In this document: one piece after another, positions 29,125-38,288 of the stretch
Numbering within the stretch: position 1 is the first letter of the stretch
Layout: every line of letters begins with the position of its first letter
NCBI GenBank assembly: GCA_002382645.1
Contig: DFYP01000207.1
Coordinates: forward strand, 17,138-55,425
Length of the DNA: 38,288 nucleotides
Reading direction: 5' to 3'
Source of the DNA: Desulfovibrio sp. UBA4079
GTDB lineage: Bacteria; Desulfobacterota; Desulfovibrionia; Desulfovibrionales; Desulfovibrionaceae
The notes under the pieces: model-generated
The model's input: only the letters and a program-made list of their open reading frames with translations
Told to the model about the DNA's origin: nothing
Databases searched by the model: none
Position numbers and translations under genes: made by a program

Positions 29125-30036
29125 TCAGCCGAGCCAGGCCGCTGCCAGGGGCAGGCTCAGGGCCGAGAGCGCGGTCTGAATGGTGATCACCGCGGCCATG
29201 AGGTCCGCGTCCCCGCCCATCTGGCGGGCCAGGATGTAGGACGAGGCCGAGGCCGGCACGGCCGTGAACAGCACCACCACCAGCCGGGACACCGGGTCCA
29301 CGCCGAGCAGGGAGCAGGCTCCCGCGGCCAGGACCGGCAGGAAGACCAGGTGCAGGACCGAGGCCAGGGCCAGGGGCCGGGTCTGGGCCAGTTGGAAGCG
29401 CAGTCCCGCGCCCACGGCCAGGAGGCCCAGGGGCAGGGCGGCCCGGCCCAGGATGGCGGCCACTTCGGACAGCCCGAAGGGCAGGCGCTGGCCCAGGCCG
29501 TTGAGCACGAGCCCTGCCAGGCAGGAGAGGATCAGCGGGTTCTTGGCCAGCTCGCGGAGCACGCCCAGGACGCCGGGCCGCGAGTCCCCCTCGCCGAAGC
29601 GGTTGAGCGCCACCACGGCCAGGGTGTTCACCAGGGGGATGAGCACCACCAGGGCCACGGCCGCGCGGGCCAGGCCCTCGACTCCCAGCAGGGCCGCGGC
29701 CGCGGACAGGCCCACGTAGGTGTTGGGCCGGATGGCGCCCTGGAGCACCGAGGTGAAGGCCGGGCCGGTGAGCCCCAGCCAGGGCCGCGTCAGAAAGAGC
29801 AGCCCTGCCGCGGCGCAGACCGCCAGGACCAGGGCCAGGGCCGGCAGGGCCACGGGCAGGCCGCCCAGGTCCTTGGCCGAGAGGCTGTCCACCAGCAGGG
29901 CCGGGAAAAGCACGTAGTAGGTCAACCGCTCCAGGTCGGGCCAGAAGGCCTCGCCGGGGAAGTTCAGGCGCTTGAGCCCGTGCCCGGCCAGGATCAGGGC
30001 GAAGATCGGGGCGATGCCCGCCAGGATTTCAGCCAT
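29125..30036 (-). CDS. AEC (auxin efflux carrier) family transporter
   Basis: YYVLFPALL, RPNTYVGL, KNPLI, PASASSYILARQMGGD. Confidence 0.85.
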   Translation of the reverse strand: MAEILAGIAPIFALILAGHGLKRLNFPGEAFWPDLERLTYYVLFPALLVDSLSAKDLGGLPVALPALALVLAVCAAAGLLFLTRPWLGLTGPAFTSVLQGAIRPNTYVGLSAAAALLGVEGLARAAVALVVLIPLVNTLAVVALNRFGEGDSRPGVLGVLRELAKNPLILSCLAGLVLNGLGQRLPFGLSEVAAILGRAALPLGLLAVGAGLRFQLAQTRPLALASVLHLVFLPVLAAGACSLLGVDPVSRLVVVLFTAVPASASSYILARQMGGDADLMAAVITIQTALSALSLPLAAAWLG

Positions 30037-30039
30037 GGC

Positions 30040-30786
30040 CTACTCCGGGATGGACGGCATGGATGCGAACCGCGGCTCGTGCAGGGGCAGGAGGATGTCG
30101 GCCAGGCCCTTGACCTTGACCAGCGTGTCGTAGGCCTCCTGGGGGCTGGTGCAGGTGCCCGGGGGGATGACCTCCATCTCCATGGCCCGCACGGCCTTGG
30201 GCGGCTCCAGGTTCTCCATGATCACGCAGAATCCGGTGATGGCCGCGACACCCTTGGCCGTGTCCACGAGCACGGTGAGCCCGCCCGCGGTGTGCGCCGG
30301 GGTGTGCACCACGCGCACGCCGGGCACGATCTCCATGTCCCCGGTCACGGGCACGATCTGGCCCTGTTCCTCCACGTCCAGGATGTAGTCCTCCAGGTAG
30401 CGGAAATCCAGGGGATGCGGGTTGTGCACGGCCTTGAGCTCGGCCTCGTGGACGTAGATCTTGGCGTTCACGCAGAGGGCGTCGTTCTCGCAGTGGTCGT
30501 TGTGCAGGTGGGTGTGGATGACGATGTCGATGTCCTCGGGCTTGAGGCCGTACAGGGCCAGGCCCTGCTCAAAGGTGTAGATGCGCCCGCCCAGGGCCTT
30601 TTCCCGCTCCTCGGACTGGATCGGCCGCATCTCGCCGGTGTCCACGAGGATCTTCTTGTCCCCGCCCTCCAGGTACCAGCAGTAGATCGGGATGACGTAG
30701 GGCGTGCCGTAGCCCTGCTGGTAGGTCATCATGCCCTTGTCGAAAAGCTTGCTGCCCATGACGATGGGATGGATGACGAAAGCCAT
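30040..30786 (-). CDS. MBL-fold metallo-hydrolase (N-acyl homoserine lactonase-like)
   Basis: LVDTG, HTHLHNDH, HTPAHT, LPLHE; GGAGG before ATG 30786. Confidence 0.85.
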   Translation of the reverse strand: MAFVIHPIVMGSKLFDKGMMTYQQGYGTPYVIPIYCWYLEGGDKKILVDTGEMRPIQSEEREKALGGRIYTFEQGLALYGLKPEDIDIVIHTHLHNDHCENDALCVNAKIYVHEAELKAVHNPHPLDFRYLEDYILDVEEQGQIVPVTGDMEIVPGVRVVHTPAHTAGGLTVLVDTAKGVAAITGFCVIMENLEPPKAVRAMEMEVIPPGTCTSPQEAYDTLVKVKGLADILLPLHEPRFASMPSIPE

Positions 30787-30794
30787 GGTTCCTC

Positions 30795-32033
30795 CTAGAT
30801 CAGCACGCCGACCACGGCGCCGGTCATGCACGAGGACAGGAATCCCGAGACAATGGTGCGCAGGCCCAGCTCGGCCACCTCGCGGCTGCGCTCCGGCACC
30901 ATGGCCCGCATGCCGCCGATCATGATGCCCAGGCTGCCGAAGTTGGCGAAGCCGCACATGGCATAGACCAGGATGAGGCGGCTGCGCTCGGAGAGGGCTC
31001 CGGGCTCCAGGGCCGCCAGGTTGAGGTAGGCCAAAAGCTCGTTGAGCACGACCTTGACGCCGAGCAGCGATCCGGCCACCTGGGCCTCGGCCCAGGGCAC
31101 GCCCAGGAGCCAGGCCAGGGGCGACAGGATCCAGCCCGCCAGCCGCTCCAGCGAAAGGACCGCCCCGCCCACGTCCGGCAAGAGGCCCAGCGCCGAATTG
31201 GCCAGGGCCACCAGGGCGATGAGCACCACGAGCATGGCCAGGATGTTCAGGTACAGGCTGATGCCGTCGGCAGTGCCCTGGGCCACGGCGTCCATGCTGC
31301 TCATGGCCGTGCGCGGCGGGTCCACCTTGCCCAGGGTGACCTCGCCGGTCTCCGGGACCATGAGCTGGGAGACCAGGATCGAGGCCGGGGCGCTGATGAT
31401 CGAGGCCACCAGGAGGTGCCCCAGGGCGTCCGGAATGACCTGGCGCAGGATGCTGGCGTAGAGGATGAAGACCGTGCCGGCGATGCCCGCCATGCCGCTG
31501 GTCATGCAGGTGAACAGCTCGCTGCGGCTCATGCGCGCCAGATAGGGCCGGATGACCAGCGGGGCCTCGACCATGCCCACGAAGATGTTGGCGGCCACGG
31601 ACAGGCCCAGGGCCCCGCCGATGCGCATGGTCTTCTCCAGGATCAGGGAGAAGAACCGCACCACCACCGGCAGGATGCGCCAGTGGAACAGCAGCGAGGA
31701 CAGGGCGCTGACCACCAGAACCAGGGGAATGGCCTGGAAGGCGAAGATGAAGGACGAGCCCGGGTAGCTCTCGGCAAAGGGCAGCGGCGCGCCGCCCAGG
31801 TAGCCGAAGACGAAGGAGGTGCCCTGGCGGGTGGCCCCCTCCACGGCCGTGACGGCCCGGTTGAGCCAGATGAAGACCTGACGGCTGGCGGGCAGTTTGA
31901 ACAGCAGCAGGGCCACGGCAAACTGGAGGGCCAGCCCGGTGATCACGGGCCGCAGCCGCGTGGCCTTGCGGTTCTCGCTCAAGAGCCAGCACAGGCCCAC
32001 CAGCACGAACAGGCCCAGAACGCTTTGCAACAT
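30795..32033 (-). CDS. NupC/CNT family nucleoside transporter
   Basis: AANIFVGMVEAPL.IRPYL..MSRSELF, VVLNELLAY, CGFANFGSLGIMIGG. Confidence 0.92.
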   Translation of the reverse strand: MLQSVLGLFVLVGLCWLLSENRKATRLRPVITGLALQFAVALLLFKLPASRQVFIWLNRAVTAVEGATRQGTSFVFGYLGGAPLPFAESYPGSSFIFAFQAIPLVLVVSALSSLLFHWRILPVVVRFFSLILEKTMRIGGALGLSVAANIFVGMVEAPLVIRPYLARMSRSELFTCMTSGMAGIAGTVFILYASILRQVIPDALGHLLVASIISAPASILVSQLMVPETGEVTLGKVDPPRTAMSSMDAVAQGTADGISLYLNILAMLVVLIALVALANSALGLLPDVGGAVLSLERLAGWILSPLAWLLGVPWAEAQVAGSLLGVKVVLNELLAYLNLAALEPGALSERSRLILVYAMCGFANFGSLGIMIGGMRAMVPERSREVAELGLRTIVSGFLSSCMTGAVVGVLI

Positions 32034-32059
32034 GGTCTCGCCCCCGGAATGGGCTTGGA

Positions 32060-33256
32060 CTACGCGCTTTTCCCCGGGGCATCAAGGCCGGCCGCGGCCC
32101 GGAACACCGGCGGCAGGGCCAGGCCGGCCAGGAGCGCCAGGCCCAGCAGGCCGAAGCCCAGGCCGAACAGCCCGGCGTCGCCGCAGGCCCCCAGGGCCAC
32201 AGGCACGCCGCCCAGGCCCGTGAGCATGCCCAGGGGCACGGCCAGGGACACGGCCAGGCTGCGCAGCTCCCGGGGGAAGACCTGGGCCAGGGCGGCGAAA
32301 CAGGCCGGGAAGAAAAGCACCGAAAGCAGGGCCTGGAGCACGAGCAGGCCGGGCAGGGCCCAGGCCGGGGCCAGGCCCAGGGCCAGCAGGGCCAGGCCCA
32401 CGCCCAGGAAATAGCCGCGCAGGGTGAAGAAGGCCCCCAGGCGGTCCGTGAGCCAGCCCGCGATGAGCGCCGCGAACAGGGCCGCGAAACGGGCCAGGCT
32501 CAAGAACTCGTTGGCCCGGGTCCGGGCCATGCCGCTGGTCACCAGGTAGAGCGTGGACATGGTGTAGACCCCGAAGCTGGCCCCGATGGCCAGGCCGAAG
32601 GCGCAGGCCGTGGCCCAGAAGGCCGGGCGGGTCAAGAGCCGCCGCAGGGCCGCTGCGGACGGGGGATGCCCGTGCTGGTCCGGGCCCAGGCGGCGCAGGA
32701 GGAAGAGCGCGCCCGCGGCCAGCTGGAGCAGGCCCAGGAGCACGAGCACGGCCCGCCAGGAAAAGGCCTGGAGCACGGCCTCGGCCAGGAGCGGGGCCAG
32801 GGTGTAGCTCAGGTTGGGCGCGATCTCGTGCACGGCCAGGGCCTTGCCCCAGTCCTGGGGCCGGGCCAGGGCCGTGACCGTGGCGATGCCCGAGGGCAGG
32901 TAGAGGCCCGTGGCCAGGCCCAGGCCGAACAGGGCCAGCCGGAACAGGAGCATGTCCGTGGAGGCGGCCGCGGCCAGCAGGGCCAGGCCTGCGGCCAGGG
33001 CCGAGAGGGCCACGGTCCGGCGGTGGTTCAGCAGGCTGGAGATGAAGCTGTTGCAGAGAAGCCCCAGGGCGTTGCCGCCGCCCACCAGGAGGTAGAGCCG
33101 GCCGGACCCGGCGTGGCCCAGGCCCAGGTCCGCCTCCACCGCGGGCAGGAGGGGGGCCAGGCTCGTGCGCGAGAGGAAGTTCAGGAGAAAGAGGCCGGTC
33201 ACGAAGAACAGGGCCGGGAGCACGGCGGCGAGGGGCTGGTCCTGGTGTTCCTGCAT
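32060..33256 (-). CDS. MFS transporter
   Basis: Multiple hydrophobic helices, GWLTDRLG loop motif. Confidence 0.82.
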   Translation of the reverse strand: MQEHQDQPLAAVLPALFFVTGLFLLNFLSRTSLAPLLPAVEADLGLGHAGSGRLYLLVGGGNALGLLCNSFISSLLNHRRTVALSALAAGLALLAAAASTDMLLFRLALFGLGLATGLYLPSGIATVTALARPQDWGKALAVHEIAPNLSYTLAPLLAEAVLQAFSWRAVLVLLGLLQLAAGALFLLRRLGPDQHGHPPSAAALRRLLTRPAFWATACAFGLAIGASFGVYTMSTLYLVTSGMARTRANEFLSLARFAALFAALIAGWLTDRLGAFFTLRGYFLGVGLALLALGLAPAWALPGLLVLQALLSVLFFPACFAALAQVFPRELRSLAVSLAVPLGMLTGLGGVPVALGACGDAGLFGLGFGLLGLALLAGLALPPVFRAAAGLDAPGKSA

Positions 33257-33345
33257 GTGTTCTTTCCTGTGGCCCTGTTATCCGCATTGCCGAGCCTGCG
33301 CAACGGCGGCTCGACGCCGGGGGTGTTATATTTTCCGCCTCCCGC

Positions 33346-33375
33346 TTGACCGGAAACACCGGGGGGACATACATT
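33346..33375 (+). promoter_or_regulatory. Possible sigma70 promoter for cheX
   Basis: TTGACC-N18-TACATT. Confidence 0.45.
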
Positions 33376-33423
33376 GTGCCCAGACTGCGGGGCTTTTCCC
33401 GCGCGGACCCGGAGGAACACCGC

Positions 33424-33882
33424 ATGGATGTCGAACTGGCCAAACCCTTCATCAAGGCCGCCATCAGCGTCATCTCGACCATGGCCTTCATCACGCCCCG
33501 GCCCGGCAAGCCCTTCGTCAAGAAGAACAGCGTGGCCCAGGGCGACGTCACCGGCCTGGTGGGACTGACCGGGGATAAGAACGGCAGCGTCTCCATCTCC
33601 TTCTCCAAGGGCTGCGCCGTGGCCATCGTCAAGAACATGCTCGGCGACGACATCAGCGACATCATGAACGACGTGAAAGACGCCGTGGGCGAGATCACCA
33701 ACATGGTTTCAGGCCAGGCCCGCGCCGGGCTGGCCGAAAAGGGACTCGTGTTCCAGGGCTCCACCCCCTCGGTCATCATGGGCGACGGCCACACCATCTC
33801 GCACATGGCCAAGAACCCGATCATGGCCATCCCCTTCGAGACCGACCACGGGGGCTTCACCATCGAATTCTGTTTCGAGTGA
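33424..33882 (+). CDS. cheX: Chemotaxis phosphatase CheX
   Basis: GDVTGLVGLTG, DAVGEITNMVSG (ExxN), STPSVIMG. Confidence 0.9.
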   Translation: MDVELAKPFIKAAISVISTMAFITPRPGKPFVKKNSVAQGDVTGLVGLTGDKNGSVSISFSKGCAVAIVKNMLGDDISDIMNDVKDAVGEITNMVSGQARAGLAEKGLVFQGSTPSVIMGDGHTISHMAKNPIMAIPFETDHGGFTIEFCFE

Positions 33883-33928
33883 GCCGCACGGCCAGAGAGA
33901 ACCGACAACCCGGCGGGGTACAGAGACC

Positions 33929-35515
33929 ATGGCCATGCTCGACGGTTTTCGCGACAAGGACTTCCTGGAACAGGTCACGATCCTCAACGAGATCGGATCC
34001 AACAAGGATATTGCCAACCTGCCCGGGCTCATGGACCTGTTCCGGCGGCCCGTGGGCGACACCTCCATCGACTTCATGGTGGTCAACGCCCTGAACGCCG
34101 TGCTTTCGGGCAACGAGGCCAAGGCCGTGGAGGGCCTGGCCTCGGGCAACGCCGGCTACCGGATCCTGTGCATCCGGGCCATCGGCGAGTACGGCTTCAC
34201 CTCGGCCGGCCCCATGCTCACCAGCCTGGGCGAGGCCGAGACCGACCCGGACCAGATCCAGGAGATCCTCTCGGCGCTCTCGCGCATCGAGGCCCCGGAC
34301 GCCCTGCCCTTGTTCCGCAAGCACAGTCAGAGCCCGGACGCCTTCACCTCGGCCCTGTGCGTGGAGATGCTCGGCCGCCTGGGCGACGCCGCCTCGGCCC
34401 CCACGCTCATGGCCATGGTCGAAGGCAATGAGACCGACGAGAACTACGAGCGCTGCGAGCTGACCACCTGGAAGGCCGTGGAGGCCCTGGCCCTCCTGGG
34501 CACCGAGGAGACCATCGCCTTCCTGGTGGAGAAGCTGCACCACAAGAACCCCACGGTGCGCCGGATCATCACCGACACCCTGGTGCACACCGGCGAGCCC
34601 GCGCTGCCGCTCCTGGCCCGCGTGTTCGAGACCGGCGGCACGGACGAGAAGATCCTGGCCGCCAACCTCCTGGGATTCATCGGCCACAGGAAGGGCGCCG
34701 ACGTGCTCGTGGGCGGCCTGGACAAGGGCCTGGCCGGCGACGCCAACGTGCGCTACGCCGTATACGAGGCCCTGGGCCGCATCGGCACCATGAAGGGGCT
34801 CATCTGCCTGATGGACGGGCTCAAGGAGACCGACGAGCTCATCCTCATGGCCGTGGTCACGGGCCTGGAGCTGCACGTGAGCCCGGGCGTGATCAAGGCC
34901 CTCACCGCGCTCTTGACCAAGGCCAACGACCAGAGCGACCGCCTGGCCCGGGCCGTGATCAACTCCAAGGCCGTGCGGCTGTTCGACGCGCTCTACGAGT
35001 TCGAGGGCGCGGCCGCGGCCCTGATCGACGCCCTGGCCACCTCCCGGGACCCGGAGATCCTCGAGGCCTTCCGCGACACGCTCGAGGAGATCGGCGGGGA
35101 CCGCGCCGAGGAGGACCTGGCCCGCCTGCCCCAGAACGTGGCCGCCGTGCGCAAGGCCCTGGCCGCGGACGACTCCCGCTCCATGCTCGCCCTGCACCGG
35201 AGCATCCTCACCGACCTGGGCTTCGAGCCGCTCACCGGGGCCAACGGCCAGGAGGCCTTCGCCTTCGTGGAGGCCGGCGAGCCCGTGGAGCTGGTCATCA
35301 CGGACATGAACATGCCGGTCATGGACGGCATGGAGCTGGTGGAGAAGCTGCGGGCCACCGAGGGCTACGAGAACGTGCCGGTGATCATGGTCACCACGGA
35401 ATCCGAGTCCTCCCAGCGGACCCTGGCCCAGAAGGCCGGCGTCACGGCCTTCATCACCAAACCCTTCAAGCCCGACGCGCTCAAGGCCAAAATTCTCGAA
35501 GTTCTGGGGGGCTAG
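33929..35515 (+). CDS. HEAT-repeat protein with a C-terminal CheY-like receiver domain
   Basis: HEAT-like repeats (VRYAVYEALGRIG and similar); receiver ADDS..ITDMNMPVMDG..MVTTE..ITKPF. Confidence 0.88.
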   Translation: MAMLDGFRDKDFLEQVTILNEIGSNKDIANLPGLMDLFRRPVGDTSIDFMVVNALNAVLSGNEAKAVEGLASGNAGYRILCIRAIGEYGFTSAGPMLTSLGEAETDPDQIQEILSALSRIEAPDALPLFRKHSQSPDAFTSALCVEMLGRLGDAASAPTLMAMVEGNETDENYERCELTTWKAVEALALLGTEETIAFLVEKLHHKNPTVRRIITDTLVHTGEPALPLLARVFETGGTDEKILAANLLGFIGHRKGADVLVGGLDKGLAGDANVRYAVYEALGRIGTMKGLICLMDGLKETDELILMAVVTGLELHVSPGVIKALTALLTKANDQSDRLARAVINSKAVRLFDALYEFEGAAAALIDALATSRDPEILEAFRDTLEEIGGDRAEEDLARLPQNVAAVRKALAADDSRSMLALHRSILTDLGFEPLTGANGQEAFAFVEAGEPVELVITDMNMPVMDGMELVEKLRATEGYENVPVIMVTTESESSQRTLAQKAGVTAFITKPFKPDALKAKILEVLGG

Positions 35516-35579
35516 ACCCGGGGCCCCGCCGCGCCAAAACGCCTTCTGCAACGAGTTGGCATCGTTATCTTCTTTCTTG

Positions 35580-35608
35580 TTGCCTTTCAGGTCCCATATC
35601 CATAATAT
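35580..35608 (+). promoter_or_regulatory. Possible sigma70 promoter for motAB
   Basis: TTGCCT-N17-TAATAT. Confidence 0.45.
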
Positions 35609-35707
35609 TAAAGACCGTGCCCGACGCAGCCGATGGGGGAAGAAACGGTTCCGGCTGCGCACGGAGCTTTTCCATGCGATCGGCAACGACAGGGGTGGAT
35701 TGAGGCA

Positions 35708-36574
35708 ATGTTCGCCATCATCGGCATGGTCGTGGTCCTGGGCGGCGTCATCGGCGGCTACCTCATGGAGCACGGCAACTTAAGCGTGCTCTTCCAGCCC
35801 GCCGAGCTGGTCATCATCGGCGGCGCGGCCCTCGGCGCCCTGCTCATCTCGGCCCCGCTCCCGGTCGTCCTCGACGTCTTCAAGGGCGTGCTCAAGGTCC
35901 TCACAGGCAAGGACCCGGACAAAAAGGACTATGTGGAAATCCTCATGGTCCTCTACGACCTCCTGGGCATGGCCCGCCGCGAGGGCGTCATCGCCATCGA
36001 AACCCACGTCAACGCCCCGGACAAGAGCACCATCTTCAGCCGCTACCCCAAGGTCGTCAAAAACCACGAGGTCCGCGACTTCATCTGCGACAACTTCAAG
36101 ACCTTCATGGCCGCGGGCATGGAACCCCATGAGCTGGAAGCGCTCATGGACATCGACATCGAATCCCACCACGCCCACGCCATGCATCCCCCCCACGCGC
36201 TGAACCGCACCGCCGACTCCCTGCCCGGCATGGGTATCGTGGCCGCGGTGCTCGGCGTGGTCCTGACCATGGGCAAGATCAGCGAGCCGCCCGAGGTCCT
36301 GGGCCACAGCATCGGCGCGGCCCTGGTGGGCACCTTCCTGGGTATTCTGGCCTGTTACGGCTTCCTGGGCCCGCTGGCCGCCAACATGGAGAACAAGGCC
36401 CATATCGCCGACGCCCAGCTGCGGGTCGTGCGCGCGGCCATGATCGCCTTCGCCCTGGGCTGGCCCCCGCCCATGGCCCTGGAAGCCGCCCGCCGGGCCA
36501 TCCCCAGCGGCGAGCGTCCCACCTTCGAGGAGGTCGAGGAAATCCTCAAGGCCGCCCGCAAGCAGGGCGGCTGA
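35708..36574 (+). CDS. motA: Flagellar motor stator protein MotA
   Basis: QPAELVIIGGA, ARREGVIAIE, LPGMGIVAAVLGVV, IGAALVGTFLG. Confidence 0.93.
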   Translation: MFAIIGMVVVLGGVIGGYLMEHGNLSVLFQPAELVIIGGAALGALLISAPLPVVLDVFKGVLKVLTGKDPDKKDYVEILMVLYDLLGMARREGVIAIETHVNAPDKSTIFSRYPKVVKNHEVRDFICDNFKTFMAAGMEPHELEALMDIDIESHHAHAMHPPHALNRTADSLPGMGIVAAVLGVVLTMGKISEPPEVLGHSIGAALVGTFLGILACYGFLGPLAANMENKAHIADAQLRVVRAAMIAFALGWPPPMALEAARRAIPSGERPTFEEVEEILKAARKQGG

Positions 36575-36611
36575 TCCCCCTCCCCACCGGGACTCCGCGG
36601 GTCTTTGAGCC

Positions 36612-37484
36612 ATGGCTGAAAACAAGACCATCATCATCAAGAAGATCAACAAGGTCGCCGGCGGCGCCCATGGCGGCAGCTGGAAGGTGGCCTACGCCGA
36701 CTTCGTCACCGCGATGATGGCCTTCTTCCTGCTCATGTGGCTCATCAACACAACGCCCCAGGAGAAGAAGGAACAGCTGGCGGGCTACTTCAAGGAGTTC
36801 AGCCTGTTCGACAAGGGCGGCAAGCGGCCCCTGTTCATGGAGGAGGCCGGCCAGCCCATCCCGATGAAGATCGAACGGGGCGCGGACACCAAGCCCCTGC
36901 CTCCGGTGGAGGCCTCGGACGTGGAGCGGGCCCAGGAGGAGATGGTCTCGGGCCTGCGCAAGGCCATCGAGGAGAAGCTCTCGGACCTCAAGGACCAGGT
37001 CCTGGTGGACAACTTCGAGGGCGGCGTGCGGGTCCAGATCATCCACAAGGACGGCCGCCCGATCTTCGAGAAAGGCAGCTTCTCCTTCACCCCCGAGGGC
37101 CAACGAGCCCTGGCCCTGGTGGCCGACCGGCTCAAGGAGCTGCCCAACAAGTTCGCCGTGGAAGGCCACACCGACTCCCTGGGCTATTCCGACTCCCGCT
37201 ACACCAACTGGGAGCTCTCCACGGCCCGGGCCTCTTCGGCTCGCCTGCTCCTGGAGCACTTCGGCGTGCCCACGGAACGGCTCGTGCGCGTGGCCGGATA
37301 CGCCTCCACCCAGCCCCTGATCAAGGGCAATCCCGACGATCCCCGCAACCGGCGCATCAGCATCCTGATCTACCGCGACGAGAAGACCACCGGCGCGGCC
37401 CCGGCAGGGCCGCCGCCCCCGCCCGCCGTGGTCATCCCGGAGACCCAGATCCTGGGCGGGCAGGCCGCCCCGGCCAAGCCCTGA
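36612..37484 (+). CDS. motB: Flagellar motor protein MotB
   Basis: HGGSWKVAYADFVTAMMAFF, VEGHTD, NWELSTARA, RNRRISI. Confidence 0.93.
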   Translation: MAENKTIIIKKINKVAGGAHGGSWKVAYADFVTAMMAFFLLMWLINTTPQEKKEQLAGYFKEFSLFDKGGKRPLFMEEAGQPIPMKIERGADTKPLPPVEASDVERAQEEMVSGLRKAIEEKLSDLKDQVLVDNFEGGVRVQIIHKDGRPIFEKGSFSFTPEGQRALALVADRLKELPNKFAVEGHTDSLGYSDSRYTNWELSTARASSARLLLEHFGVPTERLVRVAGYASTQPLIKGNPDDPRNRRISILIYRDEKTTGAAPAGPPPPPAVVIPETQILGGQAAPAKP

Positions 37485-37487
37485 CCC

Positions 37488-38246
37488 ATGGCCGCGCCCG
37501 GCGTGAAGTCTCCCCAGCGCTTGCGCTCCGGCGACAGGATATTCCTGGTGGTCTCCCTGGACGTGAGAAGCGACAAGGTGGACGCCCGCAAGTCCGTGGT
37601 CCTGGAACAGCGGCCGGACATGCTCGTGGTGGGCCAGCCCGATCCGGCCCTGCCCCAGAGCATGATCGGCAAGACGCTGGAGGTGGCCCTGTTCCCGCCC
37701 GCGCCGCCCGGCGGTTCGGCCTGCGCCCTGCCCCTGGGCTACGACGCCAAGGTGATCAAGCTCTTTCCCGGCTACCCCGGAAGCCGGGGCGGCCTCGTGC
37801 CCGCCCTGGGCCTGACCCCGCCCCGCGGGGCCTGGCACCAGGCCATCATCCGGATGCACGTGCGGGCCCCGATCCGGCCTGAACACGGCCTGGCCGTGGA
37901 GGTCTGCGGCGCGGAACGAGCCGTGCTCCTGGACATTTCCGGCGGCGGCGCGCTGCTGGCCATCAAGGGCCTGGCCCTGTCCCCGGGCAAGCCCCTGCGC
38001 TTCGAGATGCTCTTTCCGGACAGCGGCCGCATGGCCCTGGACACCGAGGTCCGCTGGACCGCGCCGGACCCGGACCCCGAGGGCGGCCTCCTGGCCGGGG
38101 TGCGCTTCAAGCACCTCTCGGTCACCGAGGGCCGGCACATGGCCAAGCTGGCCCAGCAGATCCTCTCACCCTGCGAGATCGTGCTGAAAAGCCCAGGCAC
38201 GCAGAAAACCATGCCCTGGCCCACCACCTTCAAGACCCATGGCTGA
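37488..38246 (+). CDS. PilZ domain protein
   Basis: RMHVR and DISGGG motifs, VRW..AGVRF; next to motAB. Confidence 0.75.
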   Translation: MAAPGVKSPQRLRSGDRIFLVVSLDVRSDKVDARKSVVLEQRPDMLVVGQPDPALPQSMIGKTLEVALFPPAPPGGSACALPLGYDAKVIKLFPGYPGSRGGLVPALGLTPPRGAWHQAIIRMHVRAPIRPEHGLAVEVCGAERAVLLDISGGGALLAIKGLALSPGKPLRFEMLFPDSGRMALDTEVRWTAPDPDPEGGLLAGVRFKHLSVTEGRHMAKLAQQILSPCEIVLKSPGTQKTMPWPTTFKTHG

Positions 38247-38288
38247 CGACGCGCACCATTCCCGGCTCACGGCCCTGGCCCTGGGGGC

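Noticed and set aside
30787-32085. 681-aa ORF (30040-32085) suggesting a long N-terminal fusion on the MBL hydrolase
   Set aside because: The extension is an alternative frame over the CNT transporter with Gly/Pro/Arg-rich composition; ATG 30786 has its own RBS
35556-35572. TTGGCA upstream of motA as a sigma54 -24 box
   Set aside because: No TGC at the -12 position

Overview
High-GC deltaproteobacterial chromosome segment, Desulfovibrionaceae-like by gene content and order (inference). The left part (1-~11980) is core: partial mnmG, an M20 hydrolase, a PxxKW protein, mtnP, apt, rsmA, HU, rpsU, yqeY, mutS2, dnaG and rpoD. The right part (27698-38288) is also core: tRNA-Leu(CAA), DUF554, transporters, an MBL hydrolase, cheX, a HEAT-receiver protein, motAB and a PilZ protein. 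Between them is a ~15.7 kb accessory island with no visible integrase, whose right end abuts the tRNA-Leu 3' end. Its left end appears to lie INSIDE rpoD: the last ~89 codons (sigma region 4) switch to non-host codon usage and a divergent protein sequence. The island encodes a PcfJ-like protein, an AddAB-like helicase-nuclease pair, an AT-rich PD-(D/E)XK nuclease, a CX5R phosphatase, an ADP-ribosylglycohydrolase, a tandem GGCT protein, a double-AAA ATPase, an HTH-WYL regulator and a caspase/CHAT-like His-Cys protein. A shared palindrome (approx. rTTC-N9-GAAy) lies at a near-fixed distance upstream of a TATT -10-like box in front of three island transcription units, suggesting a WYL-controlled regulon. 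All calls were made by eye from motifs; no database searches were run.
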